From Rhizomicrobium sp. (GTDB lineage Bacteria; Pseudomonadota; Alphaproteobacteria; Micropepsales; Micropepsaceae), in contig DATEZM010000448.1 in the NCBI GenBank assembly GCA_035255625.1, forward strand, positions 1 to 58,186: 58,186 nucleotides of DNA. The letters run 5' to 3'. Every line of letters begins with the position of its first letter. Position 1 is the stretch's first letter. Positions 9,528 to 18,130 of the stretch are shown in pieces. Below the pieces are notes generated by a model. It saw nothing but the letters and a program-made list of their open reading frames with translations, was not told where the DNA came from and did not search any database. A program made the translations under genes and the position numbers.

Positions 9528-11815
9528 GCGATAGTTCAAACGTGTCCCTGTTTGACGGATTCGCCGCACCGCTGCGCGGCGAAGCGGCAGCGCACAAATT
9601 CTGCTCTCTGCTGGGTGACGGTGAAGCCTTCATCTTTGAGGGGTACTTCCCCAAATGCGATGCCCGACGCAAGGACGCGGCGGTCGCGACGCGACGCTTC
9701 CGGGGGACATTTGCGGCGGCGCTGCCCGCTCTGCGTGCCTGGCAAGACGATCGTCGGAGCGTGTACCTGCGCATCAATGAAGGCGGCTCGGTCAGGGACG
9801 ACATCACCCGTGTGCGAGCGATTTCGATCGAGTTCGATGCAGCGGAACAACATCATCAACAACATCAAAGTCTTCCGGATGGCTGGCATCTCACACCGAG
9901 CCTCCTCGTGCGACGCGGGAACTCCCTACACGCACATTGGATTGTGGACGACTGTCCGGTCGAACGTTTCGAGGAGGTTCAGCAACGCCTGCAACGCCAA
10001 TATCAATCCGACCCCAAGCCGATCGGGATCGAACGCATCTGGCGATGCCCCGGTTTTGCTCACCCGCTTTTTCCGGACCAGGAGGTCGAATTGCTTGTCC
10101 GCGACTGTGAGGACTGGGAGTCCTCGTACAAGCTTTCGGCGATCGAGGCCGGGTTGTCACCTCTCGCGCCGCCTGAGCCGGAATTGGTCGTGAGCGAGCC
10201 TTGGGGCGAACAAATCATCTCGGAGGCCGAATTCCGCGTCATCCTCAGTCACATTGATCCCACGTTTGCGGATGATTATCGCCAGTGGATCGGTCTCACC
10301 AAGACCATTCGCTTCGGCCAGGTTCCACTCGTCGACGCGGACAGTGTCGATTGGATCGGGCTGGTCGATGATTGGTGCAGCGGAAGGCTCTGGTGCGCGC
10401 GGACGGGAGATAAGGATTTTGTGGTCCCGACTTATGAGGGGTGCGAGCAGACCATCCAACATTGCGGTAGCAAGCCGCGCACGTCTGGCCACCGGTTTAC
10501 TCTTGGTTCGTTCGTCCGGCGGGCCAAGGCGACAGGATATGCCGGTCCCGCACTCACCATCCTGAACGCCGCCGCTTCGTCACGGTCCGACTTCACGAGC
10601 TTTGTCCTCAGTTCGACGACCCAGCGCCCGCTCAAGAATTTCGAAAACACCCTGGTTGCAGTGAACCTGATGCCGGCGAAACCTGAGTTCAACGCGTTCA
10701 CCCGTCAGGTGGTGTTCCGCGACGCCGAATTACCCTGGGGGGAGGAACTGGGCCGCGTGTTCGACGACAGCGTACAGCGAGCGATCCGCGCCTATTTCAT
10801 TGCACACTTCGGTCTCGACGTCTCGAAGGACCACGTCATAGAGGCGGTTCAGACGCGGGCAGACTTCAACCAGTATCACCCGGTCAAGGAGTACTTTGCC
10901 AGTCTGGTGTGGGATGGTGTGAAACGCATAGATTCATGGTTGGTCGAAATGTGCGGTGCTGCCGATACGGCATTCACGCGCGCTGCGGGACGCAAATTCT
11001 TGGTGGGAGCAGTCGCCCGAATCATGTCGCCCGGCTGCAAGTTCGACCATGTTCTCGCTTTGGAAGGAACTCAAGGCATCGGCAAGAGCAGCGTGTTTAG
11101 GATACTCGCGTCTGATGACTATTTCACCGACTGCCTTCCGACCGACGTGACCAAGGTGGATACGATCCAGGCCCTTCAAGGCAAATGGATCATCGAAATG
11201 CCGGAACTCGAAGGGCTCTCGCGCGGTGAGGTTTCGGCGGTGAAGGCCTTTGTGACACGTCAGGTGGATCGCGGACGCTTTGCCTACGGACGGCTGACTG
11301 GCGATTATCCGAGGCAGTGTGTGTTTGGCGCGACGACCAACGAGTCAGGCTATCTGCGTGATCAGACAGGCGGCCGCCGCTTCTGGCCGGTCAAGGTGGC
11401 CACGATTGATCTGGAACGGTTGTGTCGCGTCCGCGACCAGATTTGGGCTGAGGCTTTCGTCGCTTTTTCGCGAGGTGAGGTTCTCGAGCTCCCGCCAGAG
11501 GCTGCGGGTGAGGCACTGATCGCGCAAGAAGGCAGCTTCACCGCCCACCCTTGGGAGGAATCCATACGACACTTTGTGGCCGAGAAGAGTCTGACCCGTG
11601 TTCACTCGTCGACGTTGCTCACAGGGGCGCTCGGCCTCCTACCAGCCTCGCAGACGTCTACGCACGCCCGGACCGTGCGTAACATCATGGAAAAACGCCT
11701 GGACTGGACTTACAAGAAATCAATCCGGATCGGCACCCGAGTTAACTCCGGATATGAACGAGTGCAAGAGCTCGAAGATTGGGAGATTGCGGCCATGCAA
11801 CGAGAGGACGGCTAA
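9524..11815 (+). CDS. Primase-helicase: RepB-like primase domain + VapE/VirE-type SF3-like ATPase
   Basis: N-terminal PSLLVRRGNSLHAHW...DP...ERIWRCPG; C-terminal HPVKEY..LVWDG..RID, Walker A EGTQGIGKS, IIEMPEL, RQCVFGATTN, GGRRFWPV. Confidence 0.9.
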   Translation: MSDSSNVSLFDGFAAPLRGEAAAHKFCSLLGDGEAFIFEGYFPKCDARRKDAAVATRRFRGTFAAALPALRAWQDDRRSVYLRINEGGSVRDDITRVRAISIEFDAAEQHHQQHQSLPDGWHLTPSLLVRRGNSLHAHWIVDDCPVERFEEVQQRLQRQYQSDPKPIGIERIWRCPGFAHPLFPDQEVELLVRDCEDWESSYKLSAIEAGLSPLAPPEPELVVSEPWGEQIISEAEFRVILSHIDPTFADDYRQWIGLTKTIRFGQVPLVDADSVDWIGLVDDWCSGRLWCARTGDKDFVVPTYEGCEQTIQHCGSKPRTSGHRFTLGSFVRRAKATGYAGPALTILNAAASSRSDFTSFVLSSTTQRPLKNFENTLVAVNLMPAKPEFNAFTRQVVFRDAELPWGEELGRVFDDSVQRAIRAYFIAHFGLDVSKDHVIEAVQTRADFNQYHPVKEYFASLVWDGVKRIDSWLVEMCGAADTAFTRAAGRKFLVGAVARIMSPGCKFDHVLALEGTQGIGKSSVFRILASDDYFTDCLPTDVTKVDTIQALQGKWIIEMPELEGLSRGEVSAVKAFVTRQVDRGRFAYGRLTGDYPRQCVFGATTNESGYLRDQTGGRRFWPVKVATIDLERLCRVRDQIWAEAFVAFSRGEVLELPPEAAGEALIAQEGSFTAHPWEESIRHFVAEKSLTRVHSSTLLTGALGLLPASQTSTHARTVRNIMEKRLDWTYKKSIRIGTRVNSGYERVQELEDWEIAAMQREDG

Positions 11816-11880
11816 TGACCGAATAGGCGCCAGGACTGTTTCGAAGCCGCACTTGGTCCCAGCCTCGTCGGACGGGCGCA

Positions 11881-12042
11881 GCGGTTCCTTCGGGGGCAGG
11901 AACCGCCGTCGATGGGCGAGCAGCGTAGGCGTTGTAGCCAGTGTTGATGTCCATCGTCCGAGGTCAGTTCAGGTCCAGTCGATAGCGCCTGCTTTTCTGC
12001 CACTTCCTCTGTTCGCAACACTACATCTCCTACAAGACTACA
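11881..12042. repeat. Hairpin plus opposed pentamer arrays (candidate replication origin)
   Basis: 9-bp stem GCGGTTCCT/AGGAACCGC (11881-11906); CGTAG/TGTAG/TGTTG at 11924, 11933, 11942; CTACA at 12021, 12030, 12038. Confidence 0.45.
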
Positions 12043-12746
12043 GAGCGTCGGTTTTCGGCAGATTTTTCTTGTGACGCTGGTCGAGCTTCAGGCCATGCCG
12101 CTCGAGTAGTCATGCCATGTTCTTCGCCGCGGGCCTAAGCTCAGCTCAAAAAGTCACGTATGAAGTGTCCGAAATTGCTCAACGGGATTCCGCGTTTAGC
12201 ATCATCAGGTGCTCGGCCTGCCACAAATCAACTATCTAAAGAAAAAGTCGGGCCCGCGACTGTCCCACTCATTTGTAGGTTCCGACCGGATCGGGGACGC
12301 AGCGATTTCGCCGGGTTTCGAATGCCAAGCTGATACCTGACGGCCACAACAAGCCGACATCCGGGCATTGCCAGACATGCGCGCCCAAAACTCGGAAAAA
12401 CGCCTAACCGTCCAGGGGCCATCCACGGACCGGCGGGCGGATTGCCACCTACCCGTGCATCTCTCTGAGCGGTATTTCGCAGTCTAAATTGTAAGAGTCG
12501 CCGGCCCGCCAATAGGCAGCGGATCGCAGTTCCTTGCATCCCGGGTTTGCATGCCGACATCCGCCGGTCGCGTCGCGCGCCCAGGCGGCGGAACGTCTCG
12601 GCGCGAACTCGATGACTGGTTCATCCGGCAGGTGCTTCTCTGCCGACCAGCGATGGCTTCCACGAACATCAATGCCAAACCCGCATTGCGATCGGATCAC
12701 TTCGTGAGGGCGCAGATTACGAAGCGCGCCCCAGCTATGGATGTTT

Positions 12747-12767
12747 GCTTGCTCTTCTCAAGTAAAT
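12747..12767. promoter_or_regulatory. 21-bp operator-like site (copy 1 of 5)
   Basis: GCTTGCTCTTCTCAAGTAAAT, related to consensus ACTTGCTTG-N3-CAAGCAAGT. Confidence 0.5.
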
Positions 12768-12861
12768 ACTCGCCGAGCTGTCCATCACTAGCGACCATCA
12801 AGCCTCATAACCCAATTGGGCGGCATGCCCTAGGTCTCTCGCTCGGTGGCTGACGCACAGT

Positions 12862-13578
12862 CTACTTGCGCGGCCCCTGATCGAGAGCGATTGCCGCTAG
12901 CAAGAGCGCCTTGTATTCGGAAAACGCGCGCGGAATGTCGATTCGACTTGGATTGATGAGCCACTGATAAACCGTCCCAAATACGAAGGAGGAGTACTGT
13001 ATTGCAACTTGTGCTGGCACGGCGTCCGGCCTGACAGAGCCGTCAACGATCGCCTCCGCAATCCATTTTTCGACCGGCCGGCGTTGTGCATCCAAGAGAG
13101 ACGCGAGAGGCACACGAACAACCTTGCTGCCACCGAGCGCGTCATACCACAGTATATACAAGGCCTTCAGATGGGCCGGCTGCGTTGCAATAAAGTCTTC
13201 TGCGGCACGCATTGCTGCGTTGAAGGCGTCGAGGCCCGTTTTGTCGGCGACGAACGAGTGAATCTCATTCGACCACTGCTGGCTCACGAAGTTCAATAAG
13301 TCCCGCAGCAAAGCTTCCTTTGATCCAAAGCGATTGCTCGCGAGGCCGCGGCTGTATCCTGCGAGCTCGCCGATCTCGCGCAGCGTCGTATTTGTGACGC
13401 CCTGTGTGCTAATGAGTTCGCACGCGGCCTCGAACATCCGCCGATCTGACAGCGCCGTTCGCTCGGCCTGAGTCAGTTTCCGCTTGAGGCTCGAAAGGTT
13501 CGCTGCCGAACGCTTGGAGCCGGCCTTACTCGAAAAGGTCGTGCTTAGGCGCACTCGATCAATCTCCGTTTGTGCCAC
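12862..13578 (-). CDS. TetR/AcrR family transcriptional regulator
   Basis: TQAERTALSDRRMFEAACELISTQGVTNTTLREIGELAGYSRGLASNRFGSKEALL HTH; start uncertain. Confidence 0.93.
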   Translation of the reverse strand: MAQTEIDRVRLSTTFSSKAGSKRSAANLSSLKRKLTQAERTALSDRRMFEAACELISTQGVTNTTLREIGELAGYSRGLASNRFGSKEALLRDLLNFVSQQWSNEIHSFVADKTGLDAFNAAMRAAEDFIATQPAHLKALYILWYDALGGSKVVRVPLASLLDAQRRPVEKWIAEAIVDGSVRPDAVPAQVAIQYSSFVFGTVYQWLINPSRIDIPRAFSEYKALLLAAIALDQGPRK

Positions 13579-13629
13579 ACGCCCTCTACTACTTCGTCTG
13601 CCATCCAAGACATACCAAAAAATAGCTTC

Positions 13630-13650
13630 ACTTGTTCCTGACAAGCAAGT
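13630..13650. promoter_or_regulatory. 21-bp operator-like site in the tetR/TonB-receptor divergent promoter
   Basis: ACTTGTTCCTGACAAGCAAGT. Confidence 0.7.
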
Positions 13651-13708
13651 AGTTTATGTGTCAGTACGCCGATGGGGGACAAACTCGGCGCGAGAGGGAG
13701 GACCAAAA

Positions 13709-16057
13709 ATGAGCAATTTGACCAAGAAGACGCGTGCGAGGGGTGTTCGCCTGCTTTCTTCGAGCGCCATAGCGGCGGCGATCATCGCGACCGGACAAGC
13801 AAAGGCGGCCGACCCCGATGCCGCGCCGCCTGCCGGTTCGTCAGCACCGGCTCCGAGCGCCTCGCCAAGCGGGGACAAAATCGAAATGATTGTCGTGACG
13901 GCAAGAAGGCGCGCGGAGCAATCGCAGGACGTGCCGGAGGCGATCACCGCCTTTAGCCAAGACGACATTCGAAACATGAATCTCGTAAGTCCTTTCGATC
14001 TCAGCCACCAGGTTCCCAGCCTGTCGGTCTCGAACAGCAACGCGAGCAGAAACGCGCCCGTCTATTATATTCGCGGCCAGGGCCAGGCTCTCGCGAATAC
14101 CGAAGGCGGCGTCGTTTCATATTTCGATGAGGTGCCGACACTGACATCGGGCCCGGGCCTCCTCTTCGATTTGGAGAACATTCAGGTCCTAAAAGGGCCG
14201 CAAGGAACGCTCTTCGGTCGAAACACCACCGGGGGCGCCGTTCTGTTCCAGCCGCAGCGGCCACAAGACCAGTTTGGAGGCTATTTGGATGTCGATCTCG
14301 GCGACTACAATCTCCGCAGAGTCGAGGGCGCCGTCAACGTGCCGGTCGTCGACAACACGCTGCTCGCAAGATTTTCCTTCGACATAAACTCGCGGGATGG
14401 CTTTACAAAGGATCTCACGAACAACGTCGATCTCGACGACACGAACTACGGATCGTATCGGTTCTCCCTGCAATATCAGCCCAACGACCAATTCCAGAAT
14501 TATCTGGACGTCTTTTACGAAAACAGCGACACGAACGGGACGTCGGTCATCCTCAATGCGCTAAAGCCCGGAGGACTGGCGCTCACGCTCTTTCCGGCGC
14601 TGGCAGCTGACCTTGCAACTCAAAATGCGCTCGGAATTCGAAAGGTCGATAATACGGTCGGCCCGGAGTACGACCGCTACACAAATCTTGGTGCGACCGA
14701 CATCATCACTTACGCGATTAACGATGGGCTCACCATCAAGACGATACTCGGCTACCGTGCCTATGAAGAGAGACAGGCGATCGATGATGACGGCACGCCG
14801 GCGGTTCTCGTCGGGTATCCAGCCGCCCTTCAGTACAAAGCCGGCGGCGCAGGCCCCCCCTCGCAGGAGCAGTTCTCCGGGGAATTCCAGCTCCAAGGCA
14901 ATTCGTTCGATGATCAGTTGAAATGGATTGGCGGTCTCTACGCAGAGCGCCGCGATCCGTGGCCGAACGGCGATACGCTCCTCGTGCAGGACATTCTGAC
15001 GACGGTTCCAACTTTCAATGCCCAGCGCCGGTTCGACAACAGTTATGCGGTGTACGGAGAAGGCACGTTCGATGCGTCTCGCTGGATCAATGGGCTTGCG
15101 ATAACCGCCGGCGTTCGTTTCACCTGGGACAAACGCACCTTCACAAGCGGCACGACGCATGGCGTTCAGCCTACGCCCGCACAATTGACCACAAACAGTG
15201 CCAACTTCAGCGCGCCGACCTGGAACGTCAATGTGTCCTACAAAGTCGACGACGGGATCATGGCGTATGCAGCGGCCCGCAGGGGCTACAAGACGGGCGG
15301 CTTCAACACACCCAACGCCGTCTCCGACACATTCCAGCCCGAATATCTGACGGACTTCGAAATTGGCCTGAAGACCGAGCACAATTTTGACTGGGGCGCC
15401 CTGCGATTCAATGTCGATGGCTACTCCGACCAATATAGCAATGTTCAGGTCAACCAGAATGTGGCGACCCCGCCGCCTGCTCCCACGTTTGTCATGATCG
15501 TGACGAACGCCGCGGGCGCCAGAATTAATGGCCTAGAGGCCGAAGCCGACATGGTGTCGGGGGGACTTGAGCTATCGGGCTTCTACTCCTACACGGACTC
15601 TTGGTACACCCGATACATCAGTCCGATATCCTCGGGCGGCGTCACGAATTTCACGGGCCTGCCGCTCGCGATCACGCCAAAGAACAAAGTCGGGGTGTCG
15701 CTCTCTTACGGCTATCCCCTGAGCGGCGACGAAGAGCGACTCGTGGGGCGCGTGAATTATACATACCAATCGTCTGAGCAGTTCCGAACGACCGAACAAG
15801 CTGACCCGTTCAATACTGCCCCCGGATACGGTTTGCTGAACTTGAGGGTCGATTGGGAACACTTCCTCAGTCATCCGCTGACGGCGTCCCTTTTCATGAC
15901 GAATGCGACCGATCAAAAATACATCGTCTATCGGGTCGGCCCCTACAACGAGTTGGGATACAGCGGTAGCCTATACGGCGAGCCGCGGATGTTTGGCGTT
16001 GAGCTCAGATATGACTTCAGCGAGGAGGCGGGAGATGGCGGATCCCTTCATCATTAG
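13709..16057 (+). CDS. TonB-dependent outer-membrane receptor
   Basis: Signal peptide, IVVTARRRAE TonB-box region, DLENIQVLKGPQGTLFGRNTTGGAV plug motif, GEPRMFGVELRYDF barrel end; GGAGG RBS. Confidence 0.96.
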   Translation: MSNLTKKTRARGVRLLSSSAIAAAIIATGQAKAADPDAAPPAGSSAPAPSASPSGDKIEMIVVTARRRAEQSQDVPEAITAFSQDDIRNMNLVSPFDLSHQVPSLSVSNSNASRNAPVYYIRGQGQALANTEGGVVSYFDEVPTLTSGPGLLFDLENIQVLKGPQGTLFGRNTTGGAVLFQPQRPQDQFGGYLDVDLGDYNLRRVEGAVNVPVVDNTLLARFSFDINSRDGFTKDLTNNVDLDDTNYGSYRFSLQYQPNDQFQNYLDVFYENSDTNGTSVILNALKPGGLALTLFPALAADLATQNALGIRKVDNTVGPEYDRYTNLGATDIITYAINDGLTIKTILGYRAYEERQAIDDDGTPAVLVGYPAALQYKAGGAGPPSQEQFSGEFQLQGNSFDDQLKWIGGLYAERRDPWPNGDTLLVQDILTTVPTFNAQRRFDNSYAVYGEGTFDASRWINGLAITAGVRFTWDKRTFTSGTTHGVQPTPAQLTTNSANFSAPTWNVNVSYKVDDGIMAYAAARRGYKTGGFNTPNAVSDTFQPEYLTDFEIGLKTEHNFDWGALRFNVDGYSDQYSNVQVNQNVATPPPAPTFVMIVTNAAGARINGLEAEADMVSGGLELSGFYSYTDSWYTRYISPISSGGVTNFTGLPLAITPKNKVGVSLSYGYPLSGDEERLVGRVNYTYQSSEQFRTTEQADPFNTAPGYGLLNLRVDWEHFLSHPLTASLFMTNATDQKYIVYRVGPYNELGYSGSLYGEPRMFGVELRYDFSEEAGDGGSLHH

Positions 16058-16451
16058 CGTTGAGGATCGCACGGACGTTATGGCGGATCCCGGAACGGGC
16101 ATCGCGATAATACCCGGCATCGGAGAATTTCCGCTCAAGCTCAAGGGGAATCTGGACGGCGAAACGCGATACCTTGGGCGCGGCGGCGCTGCCGACGCGT
16201 CAGGGCCATGGGTTTACTGGAACCGCTTCAGAAAGGGTTCCGTCATCAAGTACCACAGCCACAACGCTAACCGGATCGAATATCTGCTGGGGGGCAAGAT
16301 CGAGTTTCGCCAACCTGGGAAAGAACCGCGCGTGTTCGGCGCAGGCAATATGACCTATGTCGAAGCCGGGACCGTCTACGGCTTCGAGGTGCTCGAAGAC
16401 GTCACCATCCTTCTCGTCTACGACAAGGCCCCTGGCTACTCGATGCTCTGA
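16035..16451 (+). CDS. Cupin-like protein, 138 aa (paralog 1)
   Basis: KGSVIKYHSHNANRIEYLLGG...GNMTYVEAGTVYGFEV; RBS GAGGAGG inside the receptor 3' end; same length as paralog 2. Confidence 0.8.
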   Translation: MADPFIISVEDRTDVMADPGTGIAIIPGIGEFPLKLKGNLDGETRYLGRGGAADASGPWVYWNRFRKGSVIKYHSHNANRIEYLLGGKIEFRQPGKEPRVFGAGNMTYVEAGTVYGFEVLEDVTILLVYDKAPGYSML

Positions 16452-16631
16452 GCCGCCAGGTTCGGCGAGCCTGGTCCTCAGCGTGTGCGACCGTGCCAGT
16501 CCGGCAGGCGTCCTTGAGAAGCAGCGCGGAATCGTTGTCGGTCGGAGCGACAGCGATCTTTCTACGGCATGAAAATGAACCGCACCCAAGCACCCAAGGC
16601 GCGCTGAGGATGTCGTGATCGTCGCGGCGGA

Positions 16632-17510
16632 CTAGGTGTTCGGGACGCTTGCAAAACGGGGATTGTTTTTCCTTACCGTCTCCGCCACGCCATTCATATC
16701 GACCAGAGCGCCATGGAGAGAAATATTGTGGGCATGGCAGAGCTGGTGCAGCGCAAATGACGCGTTCTGTGCGGCGAGCCTGCCTTGGACATCCTGAGCG
16801 CCGTTGACCGCCTCCTTGATCATGCGCAGCGCGAAGCTCGGCTTCGCCGCGATCCGCAAGGCCAAATCCAGAGTGAAACGCTCCAGATCTGCGCGCGCGA
16901 CGACATGATTGACCATGCCGAGCGCCTTGGCGTCTGCCGCGGAAATGTAGTCGGCTGTGAACAGCATTTCTTTTGCTTTTCGAACGCCCAGCTCCCACGG
17001 ATGGTTGAAGAACTCGACACCGCATACCCCCATCGCGCCCGTGTTGTCCTGGAACTTGGCGTCGTCCGAGGCAATGATAATATCGCACGGCCAAACGAGC
17101 ATCAGACCGCCTGCAATGACCCGGCCGTGGACTTGGGCAATGGTCGGCTTTGGAATGCTGCGCCAACGCTCGCAGAAGCCGATATAGACCTCCTTTTCCA
17201 TCGCCATGCGTCCTTCGGCGCCTGCGCTTTCGTAGCCACCCCACACGCCTACCGGGCCGCGATCGCGAAGGGTATCGAGCTGTTGCGTGTCTTTGAGGTC
17301 GTGGCCGGCCGAGAAGTCGGGCCCTTCCGCGGCCAAGATGATGACGGAGGTGCTGTCGTCGTGCGCGGCGTCCGAAAAGGCGTCATTCAGTTCATACAAG
17401 AGCTGATAGCTCTGCGCATTGCGCTGCTTGGGGCGGTTAAGCAGGATCTTTGTGACTTTTGGCGCGGGTTTCGAGACTTCGATGAACTCTGCATTCCGTT
17501 GCGCACTCAT
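16632..17510 (-). CDS. Enoyl-CoA hydratase/isomerase (EchA13-like crotonase)
   Basis: LNRPKQRNAQ, FSAGHDL, PKPTIAQVHGRVIAGGLMLVWPCDIIIAS, HPWELGVRKAKEMLFT. Confidence 0.93.
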   Translation of the reverse strand: MSAQRNAEFIEVSKPAPKVTKILLNRPKQRNAQSYQLLYELNDAFSDAAHDDSTSVIILAAEGPDFSAGHDLKDTQQLDTLRDRGPVGVWGGYESAGAEGRMAMEKEVYIGFCERWRSIPKPTIAQVHGRVIAGGLMLVWPCDIIIASDDAKFQDNTGAMGVCGVEFFNHPWELGVRKAKEMLFTADYISAADAKALGMVNHVVARADLERFTLDLALRIAAKPSFALRMIKEAVNGAQDVQGRLAAQNASFALHQLCHAHNISLHGALVDMNGVAETVRKNNPRFASVPNT

Positions 17511-17590
17511 GTGATGGTCTCCTAGCTGTCTGGCCGGCTCGCAAGGGCACGACTCCGCACCCAAGGGTGGCGCGGAACACCGTGGAAGAT

Positions 17591-17611
17591 ACTTGTTCGT
17601 GCATAGCAAAT
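17591..17611. promoter_or_regulatory. 21-bp operator-like site in the crotonase/cupin-2 divergent promoter
   Basis: ACTTGTTCGTGCATAGCAAAT. Confidence 0.6.
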
Positions 17612-17666
17612 AAGATACGCTGCCGCCAGGGTCAATGATCCCACCTGCCGGGCGAAGGAGTCGATC

Positions 17667-18083
17667 ATGTCCGACGTGTTTCTCGCTAACTCGGCAGATC
17701 GCGGCGACGTCATGAAGGACAGGGGCGACGGCATCGCCAACATCCCCGGCATTGGTGAGTATAGGCTGTCGCGCAAGGGAAATCTCCAGGGCATCACGCG
17801 GTACCTGGGACGGGGCGAGGGGCTAGATGCCAGCGGTCCTTGGGTCTACCTCAATGAGTTCGAGAAGGGTTCGGTTATCAAATTTCATCAGCACAATGCC
17901 GCGCGCATTGAGTTCATCATCGAAGGCGAGATCGAGTGGCGCGAACCAGGCAAGACACCTCAAAGGTTCGGTGCCAATCACATGAGCTACGTCGATGCGG
18001 GAACGGTCTACGGCTATGAAGTGCTCGAAGACGTCAAAATCCTTCTCGTCTTTAATGCTGCTCCAACGCTCTCGTCGCTTTGA
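17667..18083 (+). CDS. Cupin-like protein, 138 aa (paralog 2)
   Basis: KGSVIKFHQHNAARIEFIIEGE...YVDAGTVYGYEV; AAGGAG RBS; collinear with 16035-16451. Confidence 0.85.
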   Translation: MSDVFLANSADRGDVMKDRGDGIANIPGIGEYRLSRKGNLQGITRYLGRGEGLDASGPWVYLNEFEKGSVIKFHQHNAARIEFIIEGEIEWREPGKTPQRFGANHMSYVDAGTVYGYEVLEDVKILLVFNAAPTLSSL

Positions 18084-18130
18084 AGCAAGGTCGCCGCAGG
18101 CGTGCGAAAAGTAAAAAGGGAACGTGAAGA

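Noticed and set aside
9848-9868. (CAA/CAT)7 run encoding QHHQQHQ in the primase
   Set aside because: In-frame, impure trinucleotide run; no phase-variation potential evident
12228-12853. Short ORFs between primase and tetR
   Set aside because: Overlapping, no convincing RBS or recognisable domain
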